From: Stellaceae bacterium
Lineage (GTDB): Bacteria; Pseudomonadota; Alphaproteobacteria; ATCC43930; CGMCC-115725
NCBI GenBank assembly: GCA_035938015.1
Contig: DASZHJ010000241.1
Span: 1-53,980 of the forward strand
DNA: 53,980 nucleotides
Direction of reading: 5' to 3'
The notes beneath the pieces are model-generated. The model made no database searches and was not told the DNA's origin. It saw only the letters and a program-made list of their open reading frames with translations. Each line of letters starts with the position of its first letter. Positions within the stretch are counted from its first letter, which is position 1. The position numbers and the translations under genes were made by a program. Below are positions 53,912 through 53,980 of this stretch, piece after piece.

Positions 53912-53980
53912 GCGCCGCGCGTGTATCTGTCGCCAAACGACTTGACGGCCGCTTCGTCAGCTGAATAGTCAGCGGCCAGG

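Noticed and set aside
1-53980. CRISPR arrays, tandem repeats, IS elements, REP-type intergenic repeats, defence or toxin-antitoxin modules
   Set aside because: Reading all intergenic regions of 60 nt or more, I found only short local hairpins or palindromes and no sequence shared between regions. No protein resembles Cas, transposase, integrase, restriction, abortive-infection or TA families. A computational repeat search would be needed to exclude diverged repeats.

Overview
This is a GC-rich bacterial chromosome segment (third codon positions are almost all G/C). Gene content and synteny suggest an alphaproteobacterium, Hyphomicrobiales- or Rhodospirillales-like; this is inference. The supporting gene strings are ffs-dnaX-ybaB-recR, def-fmt-truA, dapD-dapE, rpmH-rnpA-yidD-yidC-engB-argB, cycM/kdsB/pheA, and a FixJ/FixK pair. 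I call 60 protein-coding genes (one partial at the left edge), 2 probable gene remnants, one tRNA-Arg(ACG), one SRP (4.5S) RNA and one clear intrinsic terminator. The remnants are a frameshifted DmpA/P1-type peptidase and a 79-aa glycosyltransferase fragment. Four real genes are missing from or hidden in the ORF track and were recovered by hand: rpmH, yidD, a DUF1289 gene and the edge-truncated binding protein. Many long ORFs in the track are antisense shadows of real genes, as expected at this GC content. I saw no transposase, integrase, phage gene, CRISPR array, restriction or defence gene, or toxin-antitoxin pair. The window is essentially core chromosome, and I do not find a convincing wholly new system. 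The best second-look candidates are: (1) a tightly packed ABC-ATPase / ABC-2 permease / GldG-like / DUF4340 / DUF1289 operon, divergent from a CyaC-like 6TM-2Fe2S-cyclase gene. (2) A FixJ / receiver-only / FixK cassette with no FixL. It carries two similar TA(A/C)G-N8-C(T/G)TA dyads, and the fixK 3' UTR has a polypyrimidine anti-SD tract ending in a strong terminator just upstream of the liv operon. (3) A secreted DUF3124 gene wedged between def and fmt. (4) A 394-aa lipoprotein with a helical core and a degenerate OmpA-like C-terminus. All functional calls rest on motif recognition by eye; no database search was possible.
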